Notes: generated from the letters alone by a model not told the origin. A stretch of 64,000 nucleotides of DNA from a bacterium (GCA_037130655.1 JBAXSP010000001.1:37641-101640); one strand, 5' to 3'; positions 1 through 8,358 are shown, numbered from the stretch's first letter. Program-made: numbers and translations.

Positions 1-1
1 G

Positions 2-1303
2 AAAAAATCTACCGAAGAACATCCACTCCTCATCATCGGCACACCGAGTGCGGTTTGTTTCGATAGAAATGACACCGCATATATTGTCATCGAACACGAA
101 CGTTCTCGTGCATACAAAACATTATCATATCCATATATAGACTTGCGACTAGTACTCGAAGCCTATGCGCGCAAAGCTCATATCCCGTGTATCATCGGCG
201 ACTCATTGCTTCGCACCGAAACAATTGCTGAACGTGACAACTACGGACACATCGGACAAACATCACTTCGTCTGCCAGATTTATCAGAAATCAAAATTGA
301 AAGCCTGCGTGATGAAAACGACAAATTCAGTTTGATTTCAAAACCACTCAAAAAAGCACTCGGCCGTGTACAAGAAAATAACGAACATCTTATGTTGTTT
401 GTTCCACGCAAAGGACTGGCACCGATTACGGTCTGTAATGATTGCGGGACCACTGTTCGCTGTACGGGGTGTGATGCACCGCTCGTGCTCTATATGAAAG
501 GCAAAGACAATCGTATCTATAGCTGTAATCGTTGTGGTAATACCGAAGACGCAACAAAATCTTGTACACACTGTACCGGCTGGAATTTGGTCCCACTCGG
601 CATCGGCACAGAAACAGTCAAAGAATTTTTGAGTGATAGTTGCAAAGATGTACCGATTACTATTTTGGACAAAGATCATATCAGTTCAAAAAAAGATGGG
701 CAAAAAATAATAGAAGATTTTTATGCTTCACCATGTGGTATTTTGATTGCGACCGAATATGCGATTCCACTCATGCGTCAACCAATCGACAAAATCGCCA
801 TCGTTACGATGGATACGCTTTTTTCAATTCCACATTTTCGAATGGATGAAAGTATTGTTGGACTCATCATCGCATTGTCAGAACGAGCCAAAGCACCACT
901 TCTTATTCAAACAGACAAAATAGATGCAAAACTATTGTCACACATCAAAAGCGGTAACCTGACTGGTTGGCAAAGAGAAATTGTCGACGAACGAAAAATG
1001 CTAAGCTATCCACCATTCGTACATCTGATTACGATCAGACATCAAGGAAACAAAGTAGATACACAAAAATATAAGACATTGATCGAACGAGAATTTACTG
1101 ATTACAATCCGTACATTCACACCGTAACACTTTCAAAAGTAAAAGAATTGTACGAAACAACCGTCTTGATGAAAATAAAACGCAGTGAATGGCCGTCACT
1201 GACGAATGCAAAAGAAGATTTGCGTGAATTTCCCTTTTACCAAAAAGTCCAAGCCTTTACTCCTGCATACAAAGTAGAAATCAATCCGGATAGCATATTA
1301 TAA
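2..1303 (+). CDS. priA: primosomal protein N' (PriA helicase), 5'-truncated at window edge
   Basis: Frame 2 is open from nt 2 to the stop at 1301-1303. It has the Cys-rich zinc-binding cluster (CNDCGTTVRCTGCDAPL...CNRCGN...CTHC) and the helicase C-terminal region typical of PriA. Confidence 0.85.
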   Translation, partial: KKSTEEHPLLIIGTPSAVCFDRNDTAYIVIEHERSRAYKTLSYPYIDLRLVLEAYARKAHIPCIIGDSLLRTETIAERDNYGHIGQTSLRLPDLSEIKIESLRDENDKFSLISKPLKKALGRVQENNEHLMLFVPRKGLAPITVCNDCGTTVRCTGCDAPLVLYMKGKDNRIYSCNRCGNTEDATKSCTHCTGWNLVPLGIGTETVKEFLSDSCKDVPITILDKDHISSKKDGQKIIEDFYASPCGILIATEYAIPLMRQPIDKIAIVTMDTLFSIPHFRMDESIVGLIIALSERAKAPLLIQTDKIDAKLLSHIKSGNLTGWQREIVDERKMLSYPPFVHLITIRHQGNKVDTQKYKTLIEREFTDYNPYIHTVTLSKVKELYETTVLMKIKRSEWPSLTNAKEDLREFPFYQKVQAFTPAYKVEINPDSIL

Positions 1304-1410
1304 TGACCAATTACTAATGACCGATGACCAATATTCGGAAAACACAGTCGGTTTTGCGAAGTAAAACCGACTGTGTTTTATTAGTCATTAGTCACTGGTC
1401 ACTAGTCATT
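1304..1410. repeat. inverted arrays of tandem 7-nt repeats (TGACCAA/TTAGTCA type) flanking the priA terminator hairpin
   Basis: Left arm 1304-1332 (tgaccaa ttactaa tgaccga tgaccaa), right arm 1380-1410 (ttagtca ttagtca ctggtca ctagtca). The arms are imperfect reverse complements of each other. Confidence 0.7.
1339..1379 (+). terminator. rho-independent terminator after priA (17-bp perfect stem AAAACACAGTCGGTTTT / AAAACCGACTGTGTTTT)
   Basis: Perfect inverted repeat with a 7-nt loop and flanking A/T runs, seen directly in the sequence. Confidence 0.7.
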
Positions 1411-1453
1411 ATTTTTATTTGCACAAAATCCCATTTTGTGATATAAAAATCAT

Positions 1454-1690
1454 ATGGCAATAACAAATGTTGAAATAAAGAAAAATAACAACGAGAACGG
1501 AACAAGTACTATCCGTCGCTTTACTCGTAAAATGCAAGAAACAGAAATTGTAAAACTAGTAAAATCTCGTCGTTATGCGACTCGAAAGCCCTCTAAGCTT
1601 TCACTCAAGGATGGAGCTCTTAAGAAGATTGCAAAACGTGCAGTATATCAAAAGATGCAAAAATTGGGCAAAGTCATTCCAAAAAAATAA
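1454..1690 (+). CDS. rpsU: 30S ribosomal protein S21
   Basis: 78-aa basic protein with the ...RRF.RK....EIVKLVKSRRYATRKPSKLSLKD...KR S21 signature. Confidence 0.85.
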   Translation: MAITNVEIKKNNNENGTSTIRRFTRKMQETEIVKLVKSRRYATRKPSKLSLKDGALKKIAKRAVYQKMQKLGKVIPKK

Positions 1691-1695
1691 AGACA

Positions 1696-2109
1696 ATGGA
1701 TACGATTACGACTAACAACTTAGAAGTAATACGAATGACAAAAGGCAAGCTTCCCCGCTTGCCTTTTGCTAGTTTCAAGGAAAAAATCTTGGGCAAAAAA
1801 TATTCACTCACGATTGTTTTTGCAACACCGACACATATCCAAAACCTGAACAAACAATATCGACAAAAAGAATATGTTCCAAACGTACTTGCTTTTCCAC
1901 TCGATACAAATGCTGGAGAATTATATTTGTCACTCGGCACCATTCGCAAAGAAGCACAAAAACACGACTACACATACGAACAATTCATTGCATATTTACT
2001 TATCCACGGACTTCTTCATTTGAAAGGATACGATCACGGTAGTACAATGGATAACGAAGAGAATAAATTCAAAAAATTCTTCAACGTCACAGAGAAGTCG
2101 AAAAACTAA
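1696..2109 (+). CDS. ybeY: rRNA maturation endoribonuclease YbeY
   Basis: HGLLHLKGYDH zinc-binding motif (H-x3-H-x5-H) near the C-terminus; 137 aa. Confidence 0.85.
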   Translation: MDTITTNNLEVIRMTKGKLPRLPFASFKEKILGKKYSLTIVFATPTHIQNLNKQYRQKEYVPNVLAFPLDTNAGELYLSLGTIRKEAQKHDYTYEQFIAYLLIHGLLHLKGYDHGSTMDNEENKFKKFFNVTEKSKN

Positions 2110-2164
2110 TTAACCTTTTTACAAGCAAGAATTACATCACTTTTGTAATTCCTAACAAAATCAT

Positions 2165-3328
2165 TTGATGAAGCAACTAATTGTCGGTATTGATATTGGA
2201 ACACATCTCACTCGTGTGACGGTATCCGCTACAACACGCGAAAATCCAGTACCACAGATCATTGGTTTCGGACAAGCTGAATCAAAAGGACTTCGTCACG
2301 GCTATATCGTCAATCCGCAAGATGCAACAATGAGCATCAAACAAGCGGTCTTGAATGCCGAAGAAAACACGAGTATCAAAATCAAAAAAGCTATCATTTC
2401 AATTGGTGGTATTAGTTTGTCGTCTGAATACGCAGTTGGTAGTGCTATCATCTCTCGTGCCGACAAAGAGATCTCTCCTATCGATATCAGTAATGCAATC
2501 AATGACAGTGAACAAAATTTGATTCTCACCAACAAACGTATTCTTCACCGTGTTCCGGTTGCTTACAAAGTTGATGGCAAATTGATTTCTGCGCGACCAG
2601 ATGGATTGAAAGGTATCAAACTCGAAGCAAAAGTATTGTTCGTCACTTGTTTGTCACAACACCTTGATGACTTACTTTCTGCAGTAACCAATGCTGGTAT
2701 TGAAGTAATGGACGTTGTCGCGAGTCCATTTGCAGCATCTTCTGTCACTCTTTCTTCAAAACAACGTACTGTCGGTAGTGTGCTCGTAGATATCGGATCT
2801 GAAACAGTGTCGATTGTGGTGTTTGAAAACGACATTCCTCTCACACTCCAAGTCTTCGGTATCGGCGGAGCTGAAATCACCAAAGACATTGCGCTCGGAT
2901 TCAAGATTCCATATGACGAAGCAGAAGGAATCAAAACAGGTTCTATTATGAGTGACCTGTCTCGCAAAAAATTGGATGAAATTATCCAAGCTCGACTCAC
3001 TGATATTTTTGAATTAGTCGATGCTCATTTGAAGAAAAATAAATGTAGCGGATTACTTGCGGGCGGTGCGGTGATTATGGGAGGTGGTGCACAATATCCA
3101 TACATCGAACAATTGGGCAAAGATATTTTGCGATTACCAGTCAAACTCGCTGATCCGGATATTTGGGGTAGTTCAAAAAATAGATTACGCGATTCATCGT
3201 GGTTTATCTCTGCAGGACTTTGTACTGGAATGTTTGGAAGTGGTGTAGATATGGAAGTAGACAATACTTCATTTATCCAAACAATCAAAAAGTTGTGGAA
3301 GAATGTTGTGCATCAGTTGATGCCATAA
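2165..3328 (+). CDS. ftsA: cell division protein FtsA
   Basis: Actin-like ATPase with N-terminal GIDIGT motif; 387 aa, immediately upstream of ftsZ. Confidence 0.9.
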   Translation: MMKQLIVGIDIGTHLTRVTVSATTRENPVPQIIGFGQAESKGLRHGYIVNPQDATMSIKQAVLNAEENTSIKIKKAIISIGGISLSSEYAVGSAIISRADKEISPIDISNAINDSEQNLILTNKRILHRVPVAYKVDGKLISARPDGLKGIKLEAKVLFVTCLSQHLDDLLSAVTNAGIEVMDVVASPFAASSVTLSSKQRTVGSVLVDIGSETVSIVVFENDIPLTLQVFGIGGAEITKDIALGFKIPYDEAEGIKTGSIMSDLSRKKLDEIIQARLTDIFELVDAHLKKNKCSGLLAGGAVIMGGGAQYPYIEQLGKDILRLPVKLADPDIWGSSKNRLRDSSWFISAGLCTGMFGSGVDMEVDNTSFIQTIKKLWKNVVHQLMP

Positions 3329-3372
3329 AACAAAAGAGGCGGAACACTTCGTGTTCCGCCTCTTTTGTTTTT
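3327..3372 (+). terminator. terminator after ftsA (21-bp stem; core GGCGGAACACTTCGTGTTCCGCC)
   Basis: Long perfect hairpin followed by a T-run. The identical 23-nt core recurs at 5829-5863. Confidence 0.7.
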
Positions 3373-3519
3373 ACTACACCTTAGCATCAAGAAGTGTTGT
3401 TTGGCCGATTTTTATATGATAAAAATCGGCCCTGTCAACATTGTTCCATTTTCTCTGGCGTTGGTATATACTCTCTTTGCACATGCCCTGTGCCTTACCC
3501 GTAATCTATATAAGAATGT

Positions 3520-4719
3520 ATGCCTAGACTAAACCCAGACGTAGAATCATTCATCCGAATCAAAGTGATCGGTGTTGGTGGTTCTGGAAAAAACGCATTG
3601 AACCATATGATCAATTCCAAAATCAAAGGAGTTGACTTCATTGCGATGAACACTGATACCCAAGACCTTCACAACTCACTCGCTGAAGCCAAAATTCATA
3701 TCGGGAAAAACTTGACCAAAGGACAAGGTGCCGGAATGAATCCAGATGTTGGACGCCGAGCAGCCGAAGAAACCAAAGCTGAAATTCAAGATGTCATCAA
3801 AGGTGCACATATGGTATTTATCGCTTCTGGTATGGGAGGTGGAACCGGAACAGGCGCAGCACCAATCGTTGCAAAAGCAGCAAAAGAACAGGGCATTCTC
3901 ACTGTGGCTGTTGTCACAAAACCATTTTCATTCGAAGGTAATCAAAGAATGAGACTCGCAGAACAAGGTATTGCAGAACTCGAAAAAGAAGTTGATGCAA
4001 TCATTGTTATTCCAAACGACCGATTGCTTTCAATCGCTTCAAAAGATATGGGATTCAAACAAGCATTTGCTATGTGTGATGAAGTGCTTCGACAAGCAGT
4101 TGAAGGTATTTCTGACCTCATTACAATTCCTGGTCAATTGAACCTCGACTTCGCTGATATCTGTGCAGTCCTTCGTGACGCAGGAACAGCACTCATTGGT
4201 GTTGGTACTGCTGGTGGTGAAGACCGCGCACGCAAAGCCGCACTTGATGCGATCAATTCCCCACTCCTTGATATTTCTATCAACGGTGCACGTGGTGTAT
4301 TGCTTTCTATTGCAGGTGGCGACGATCTAGGAATTCTCGAAATCAATGAGGCAGCCAAAATCGTTACTGAATCTGTCGACAAAGATGCGAAAGTTATCTT
4401 CGGTACAACATTTGATGATCGTTTGAAAAAAGGCGAAATCAAAATCACTGTCATCGCAACTGGTTTTCCAGTAGACACTCCTCGCAAATCTTTGTTTGAA
4501 AGAAATGCAAGTCCTGTGCAACAACAGCAACAACCTGTTCAAAAAGTAGAACAACGTACAGAAAGTACTTTCCCTATCAAAAAAGAAATTCACGAAACAG
4601 CTCCAACAGAAGGACTTCTTCGCAAAGCAGACAATGAAATTCCAACAGAAGAAACTGATGAAATCACTGACGAAGATGACTGGGGAACAATTCCAGCATT
4701 TCTCCGAAGAAAGAAGTAG
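3520..4719 (+). CDS. ftsZ: cell division GTPase FtsZ
   Basis: GVGGSGKNA N-terminal motif and GMGGGTGTGAAP tubulin signature; acidic C-terminal tail. Confidence 0.95.
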   Translation: MPRLNPDVESFIRIKVIGVGGSGKNALNHMINSKIKGVDFIAMNTDTQDLHNSLAEAKIHIGKNLTKGQGAGMNPDVGRRAAEETKAEIQDVIKGAHMVFIASGMGGGTGTGAAPIVAKAAKEQGILTVAVVTKPFSFEGNQRMRLAEQGIAELEKEVDAIIVIPNDRLLSIASKDMGFKQAFAMCDEVLRQAVEGISDLITIPGQLNLDFADICAVLRDAGTALIGVGTAGGEDRARKAALDAINSPLLDISINGARGVLLSIAGGDDLGILEINEAAKIVTESVDKDAKVIFGTTFDDRLKKGEIKITVIATGFPVDTPRKSLFERNASPVQQQQQPVQKVEQRTESTFPIKKEIHETAPTEGLLRKADNEIPTEETDEITDEDDWGTIPAFLRRKK

Positions 4720-4720
4720 A

Positions 4721-4842
4721 AGCTAGCTACTAGCATTTAGCTTCTAGCGACTAGCTAAAACAAAAAGAGCGACAACCGAAGGTTGTCGCTCTTTTTGTTT
4801 CGATACACTAGCAACTAGTCACTAGAAACTAGAACCTAAAAA
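4721..4842. repeat. CTAG-type tandem heptamer arrays flanking the ftsZ terminator
   Basis: Left arm agctagc tactagc atttagc ttctagc gactagc. Right arm acactagcaactagtcactagaaactagaacctaaa, which is nearly identical to 50238-50272. Confidence 0.7.
4757..4800 (+). terminator. terminator after ftsZ (20-bp perfect stem AAACAAAAAGAGCGACAACC / GGTTGTCGCTCTTTTTGTTT)
   Basis: Perfect inverted repeat seen directly. Flanked by heptamer-repeat arms at 4721-4755 and 4806-4842. Confidence 0.75.
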
Positions 4843-4863
4843 TTTCGTGCTATAATTTTTTCT

Positions 4864-5817
4864 ATGCAAACAAACACTACTACAAATACAACTATCTATG
4901 ACTTAGCCATTGTCGGTGGCGGACCTGCTGGTTGTGCAGGTGCAGTATATGCAGCCCGTAAACGGCTCAAAACAGTCTTTCTAACGTCAGAATGGGGCGG
5001 ACAGTCTGTTGTATCCGAAGGTATCGAAAACTGGATAGGAACGCCAGTTATTTCAGGTGCCGACTTGGCCAAAAGTCTCCGTGAACACGTAGAAAAATAC
5101 GATGGCGACTATTTACACATCGTCTCACCTACTTGGGTCAAAACAATTTCAAAAACAGACGGAGGTTTCCAAATTGAACACTCAAAGGGCGAGATTATCA
5201 CTGCCAAAAGTATTTTGATTGCTACTGGTTCAGGGCGTCGCAAACTCGAAGCCAAAGGTGCAGATATATTTGAACACAAAGGACTGACCTATTGCGCAAG
5301 TTGTGACGGGCCACTCTTTGCTGATCAACCAGTTGCGGTCCTCGGCGGAGGAAATGCCGCATTCGAATCCGCAGCTCAGTTGCTCGCCTACTGCTCGCAT
5401 GTATATCTGATCCACCGAAGCAATGACTTCCGTGCTGATCAAATCACGATTGATAAATTGAAGACCAATCCAAAACTCACCATCATCACCAATGCCGATG
5501 TGACTGAAATCACTGGCGACAAATTTGTTGAAGGATTGTCATATCTCGACAAGACGACAAACGAACAAAAAGAACTCACGGTCTCTGGAGTGTTCGTAGA
5601 AATCGGCCAAATTCCAAATACTGATATTGTGAAGGGGTTAGTCGACATCGACAGTCACGGAAAAATCGTCATTGATCCGTGGACTGGCATGTCATCAGTT
5701 GCAGGTATCTGGGGCGCGGGAGATTGTACCAACATCCGCTATCACCAAAACAACATTGCCACAGGTGAAGCGGTCAAAGCTTTAGAAGATATCTATCAGT
5801 GGTTGCATAAGCAGTAA
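4864..5817 (+). CDS. trxB: thioredoxin-disulfide reductase
   Basis: FAD-binding GGGPAG, redox-active CASCDG and NADPH-binding GGGNAAFE motifs; 317 aa. Confidence 0.85.
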   Translation: MQTNTTTNTTIYDLAIVGGGPAGCAGAVYAARKRLKTVFLTSEWGGQSVVSEGIENWIGTPVISGADLAKSLREHVEKYDGDYLHIVSPTWVKTISKTDGGFQIEHSKGEIITAKSILIATGSGRRKLEAKGADIFEHKGLTYCASCDGPLFADQPVAVLGGGNAAFESAAQLLAYCSHVYLIHRSNDFRADQITIDKLKTNPKLTIITNADVTEITGDKFVEGLSYLDKTTNEQKELTVSGVFVEIGQIPNTDIVKGLVDIDSHGKIVIDPWTGMSSVAGIWGAGDCTNIRYHQNNIATGEAVKALEDIYQWLHKQ

Positions 5818-5828
5818 ATACAAATAGT

Positions 5829-5863
5829 TAAGCGGCGGAACACTTCGTGTTCCGCCGCTTTTA
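5829..5863 (+). terminator. terminator after trxB (shares the GGCGGAACACTTCGTGTTCCGCC core with 3327-3372)
   Basis: Hairpin followed by a T-run, seen directly. Confidence 0.7.
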
Positions 5864-5923
5864 TTGTCAGGCAACACTTTTTATGTTACAGTGTTTCCGG
5901 AATAAAAATTAAATATAATACAT

Positions 5924-6421
5924 ATGTTTTACGCAATAGACAAAACAACTGGCGTCATCAGAAAAATGAACGACAAGAAAGAATTTGCTCCGTTTGATCA
6001 ATACAAAAATAATGTAAATGAAAATACTGTATTGGTTTCAGTGGTTGGTAAAAATAAACTCGCAAAGGTTATGCAAAATGTCATCGAAATACATGCGTAT
6101 GACCTCAAGGCATCGCAACGCATGATGCATCTTATTATTACCATTGGCGAGGAAAGATTCATCAAATTCAATACGAACTTGAAAATGATTCCCTCAAGCG
6201 AGGCCTTGGATTTACTGCTTCCCAATATGGAACCGTTACATTTTCTCAAAATGCTTTGCGATATTGAAAAAGAATATTCGGCAGATGAAAAGATTGACCA
6301 TACTCCGTGGTTGGAAGGTTTCCTCGAAAGACAACATCAAAACTCAAAAATAAAAACTTGGGGAAATGTTATAGGAAAAACACCACAGATGTTTAACGAT
6401 TCGAAAAACGACGCCGATTAA
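5924..6421 (+). CDS. hypothetical protein
   Basis: 165-aa ORF with a plausible promoter-distal context and a terminator at 6426-6455. No recognisable domain. Confidence 0.5.
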   Translation: MFYAIDKTTGVIRKMNDKKEFAPFDQYKNNVNENTVLVSVVGKNKLAKVMQNVIEIHAYDLKASQRMMHLIITIGEERFIKFNTNLKMIPSSEALDLLLPNMEPLHFLKMLCDIEKEYSADEKIDHTPWLEGFLERQHQNSKIKTWGNVIGKTPQMFNDSKNDAD

Positions 6422-6467
6422 AACAAAAAAAACTCCCTTAAAAAAGGAGTTTTTATTTTTTAGATAT

Positions 6468-6496
6468 TTGCAAAAATTGGGAAAAATGTTATATTA
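6468..6496 (+). promoter_or_regulatory. sigma70-like promoter for tRNA-Glu (TTGCAA-17-ATATTA)
   Basis: -35 TTGCAA at 6468-6473 and -10 ATATTA at 6491-6496, about 25 nt upstream of the tRNA. Confidence 0.5.
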
Positions 6497-6522
6497 TCTT
6501 TGTTATTTTAACGACAAAAGAC

Positions 6523-6597
6523 GGCCCCATCGTCTAATGGTTAGGACAACGGGTTTTCAATCCGTTAACCGGAGTTCGACTCTCCGTGGGGTCACCA
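6523..6597 (+). tRNA. tRNA-Glu (anticodon TTC), CCA encoded
   Basis: Hand-folded cloverleaf: acceptor GGCCCCA/TGGGGTC, anticodon stem ACGGG/TCCGT, anticodon loop TTTTCAA, T-loop TTCGACT, 3' CCA. Confidence 0.9.
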
Positions 6598-6633
6598 CGA
6601 CAAAAAATCCCAACTGCTTGGGATTTTTTGCTA

Positions 6634-6760
6634 CGTGGTGAAGGCGCAGTGTTGCGTTTTGGAGCACTACGACAAAATGCCACGAGCCGGGGTCGCGAAC
6701 ACTTATGTCCACGCAGTTTACAGAGTAAACGAGTAGACTTAGTGATTCGTGACACAACAG
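6634..6760 (+). ncRNA. tRNA-3'-linked conserved structured element, copy A (putative ncRNA or tRNA 3'-trailer RNA; function unknown)
   Basis: Homologous to 16671-16840 and 46590-46757 (minus). Shares the blocks UACGA(C/U), GAGCCGGGGUCGCGA and ACUUAGU.AUUCGUGAC. The CGAACAC/GUGAUUCG helix shows compensatory changes relative to the other copies. Confidence 0.45.
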
Positions 6761-6804
6761 ATAAAAAAGAGTAGAATTACTTTTATAAAATTATTTTTAG
6801 AAAA

Positions 6805-7452
6805 ATGAGTCCAACAGAAGTATTTAAATCAATAGGATCTTTAAAAATATCTCACCCTTTTCGAGATATTATTGTTCTTATATATGGCATCGGCGCAATT
6901 TTAATATTTCAATATTTATCTATTTTTCAAACATCTGATTATATTCCTAAAAATTTAAATAGAATAGAGTTTGATTTATTTTTTTTAGTTATCGGGTTTA
7001 TTTTAGGTAAACTACTACTAATAATAAGTGATTTAATTTTTTCTATTGAATCAAAAATATTAAGACTACTTTCATCAAACCCCAAAATAGATAAAAAAAC
7101 CTTAAGTAGTCTAAAAATAAACATATTTCGTATTTTAAATAATTTTTTGATTGACAAAAAATATGAAAATATTAGACAAACAGATGTTGAGCACGAAATT
7201 ACAATAGCTGATAAAGCCGAATTAATTCAAAAATATCCTGATTTACACCATGAGTCAGAAAGAATTATTTATTTATTATTTTTTATAAGAATTGCAGTAG
7301 CTGTAACTTTGTTTATCTCCTTTTTTTATTCCTGGAAATTTATTTACTTATTTTTAATCTTTCTGTTGATTTGGCATAAAAACAAAAATGAGCTTATTTA
7401 TAATGATCATTTAATGTATAGATCTATTGTAAAGTCTAAAATAGTAAAATAA
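6805..7452 (+). CDS. hypothetical integral membrane protein (very AT-rich gene)
   Basis: 215-aa ORF with multiple hydrophobic segments. Local composition is markedly more AT-rich than the flanking genes. Confidence 0.45.
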   Translation: MSPTEVFKSIGSLKISHPFRDIIVLIYGIGAILIFQYLSIFQTSDYIPKNLNRIEFDLFFLVIGFILGKLLLIISDLIFSIESKILRLLSSNPKIDKKTLSSLKINIFRILNNFLIDKKYENIRQTDVEHEITIADKAELIQKYPDLHHESERIIYLLFFIRIAVAVTLFISFFYSWKFIYLFLIFLLIWHKNKNELIYNDHLMYRSIVKSKIVK

Positions 7453-7459
7453 TTACGTT

Positions 7460-8317
7460 ATGAAAAAATGGTCTCGAAAAATTGGAATGGCAGTCGTTTT
7501 GGTATTTGCCGTAATCGGTATCGTCTTTACGGCGGTTTTTGTCGGCATGCAATTGGGACTAACCAATGTCCGCGGTAGTAGCAAAGATCGCAATGCATCA
7601 TTTGGCAAAGTGCCGACTATCACCACAGAAAACGAATGTATTAAAAATGACGCCGGCAAAGCTCCGCTTGCTTGTGCGTGGAACGAAACGACTGAATGGG
7701 AAGTCGTCAAAGGCGGATTGACCAAAGATGAATTGGTTATCAAAAAAGTCGCCGAACAAACCGGTGTGAATCCGCGAATGATTGCATCAGTGGTCACTCC
7801 TGAACAACTACGCTATTTCACCGCCAACAGAGAAAGTTTCAAAAAATATTTTGAACCACTCAAGATTTTGAGTTCCCTCACCAAATTCTCTTTGGGTATT
7901 TCTGGTATCAAACAAGATACTGCTCGTGATATCGAGAATTTCGCCAATGACCCTACTTCAGATTTTTATCCAGGAGAAGGAATGGCAGATTTGATTGCAT
8001 ATGACGCAGGTGCAAACAAAGACCAGGTCTTGTACGACCGTCTGACCAATTCACACGATCACTACTATTCATATCTCTACACCGCACTCTTCATCAAAGA
8101 AATCGAAGCACAGTGGGCAAAAGCCGGATTTGATATCAAAGACAATCCAGAAGTCGTCGTAACGTTATTCAACATCGGATTCAAGGCATCACATCCAAAT
8201 GCAGATCCGAAAATTGCTGGCTCAACTATTACCATCGGTGGAACCAATTATTCTTTTGGCAAACTCGGCACACTCTTTTATCGCAGTGATGAATTAACCG
8301 ACATTTTCCCACGTTAA
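7460..8317 (+). CDS. hypothetical secreted/membrane-anchored protein
   Basis: 285 aa with an N-terminal TM/signal segment. Terminator hairpin at 8328-8358. Confidence 0.55.
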   Translation: MKKWSRKIGMAVVLVFAVIGIVFTAVFVGMQLGLTNVRGSSKDRNASFGKVPTITTENECIKNDAGKAPLACAWNETTEWEVVKGGLTKDELVIKKVAEQTGVNPRMIASVVTPEQLRYFTANRESFKKYFEPLKILSSLTKFSLGISGIKQDTARDIENFANDPTSDFYPGEGMADLIAYDAGANKDQVLYDRLTNSHDHYYSYLYTALFIKEIEAQWAKAGFDIKDNPEVVVTLFNIGFKASHPNADPKIAGSTITIGGTNYSFGKLGTLFYRSDELTDIFPR

Positions 8318-8327
8318 ATTTGAGCAA

Positions 8328-8358
8328 AGAAAAAGCCCCTGTTGGGGCTTTAGTTTTG
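8328..8358 (+). terminator. rho-independent terminator (AGCCCCTGTTGGGGCT + T-run)
   Basis: Hairpin plus T-run directly after the stop of 7460..8317. Confidence 0.65.

Noticed and set aside
6534-6774. ORF-track ORFs 6534..6755(-), 6557..6757(-) and 6586..6774(+) over the tRNA-Glu 3' end and element A.
   Set aside because: They overlap a tRNA gene and a conserved structured non-coding element. They overlap one another in different frames and strands. Their protein sequences are Arg/Cys-rich low-complexity, typical of GC-richer RNA genes read as protein.
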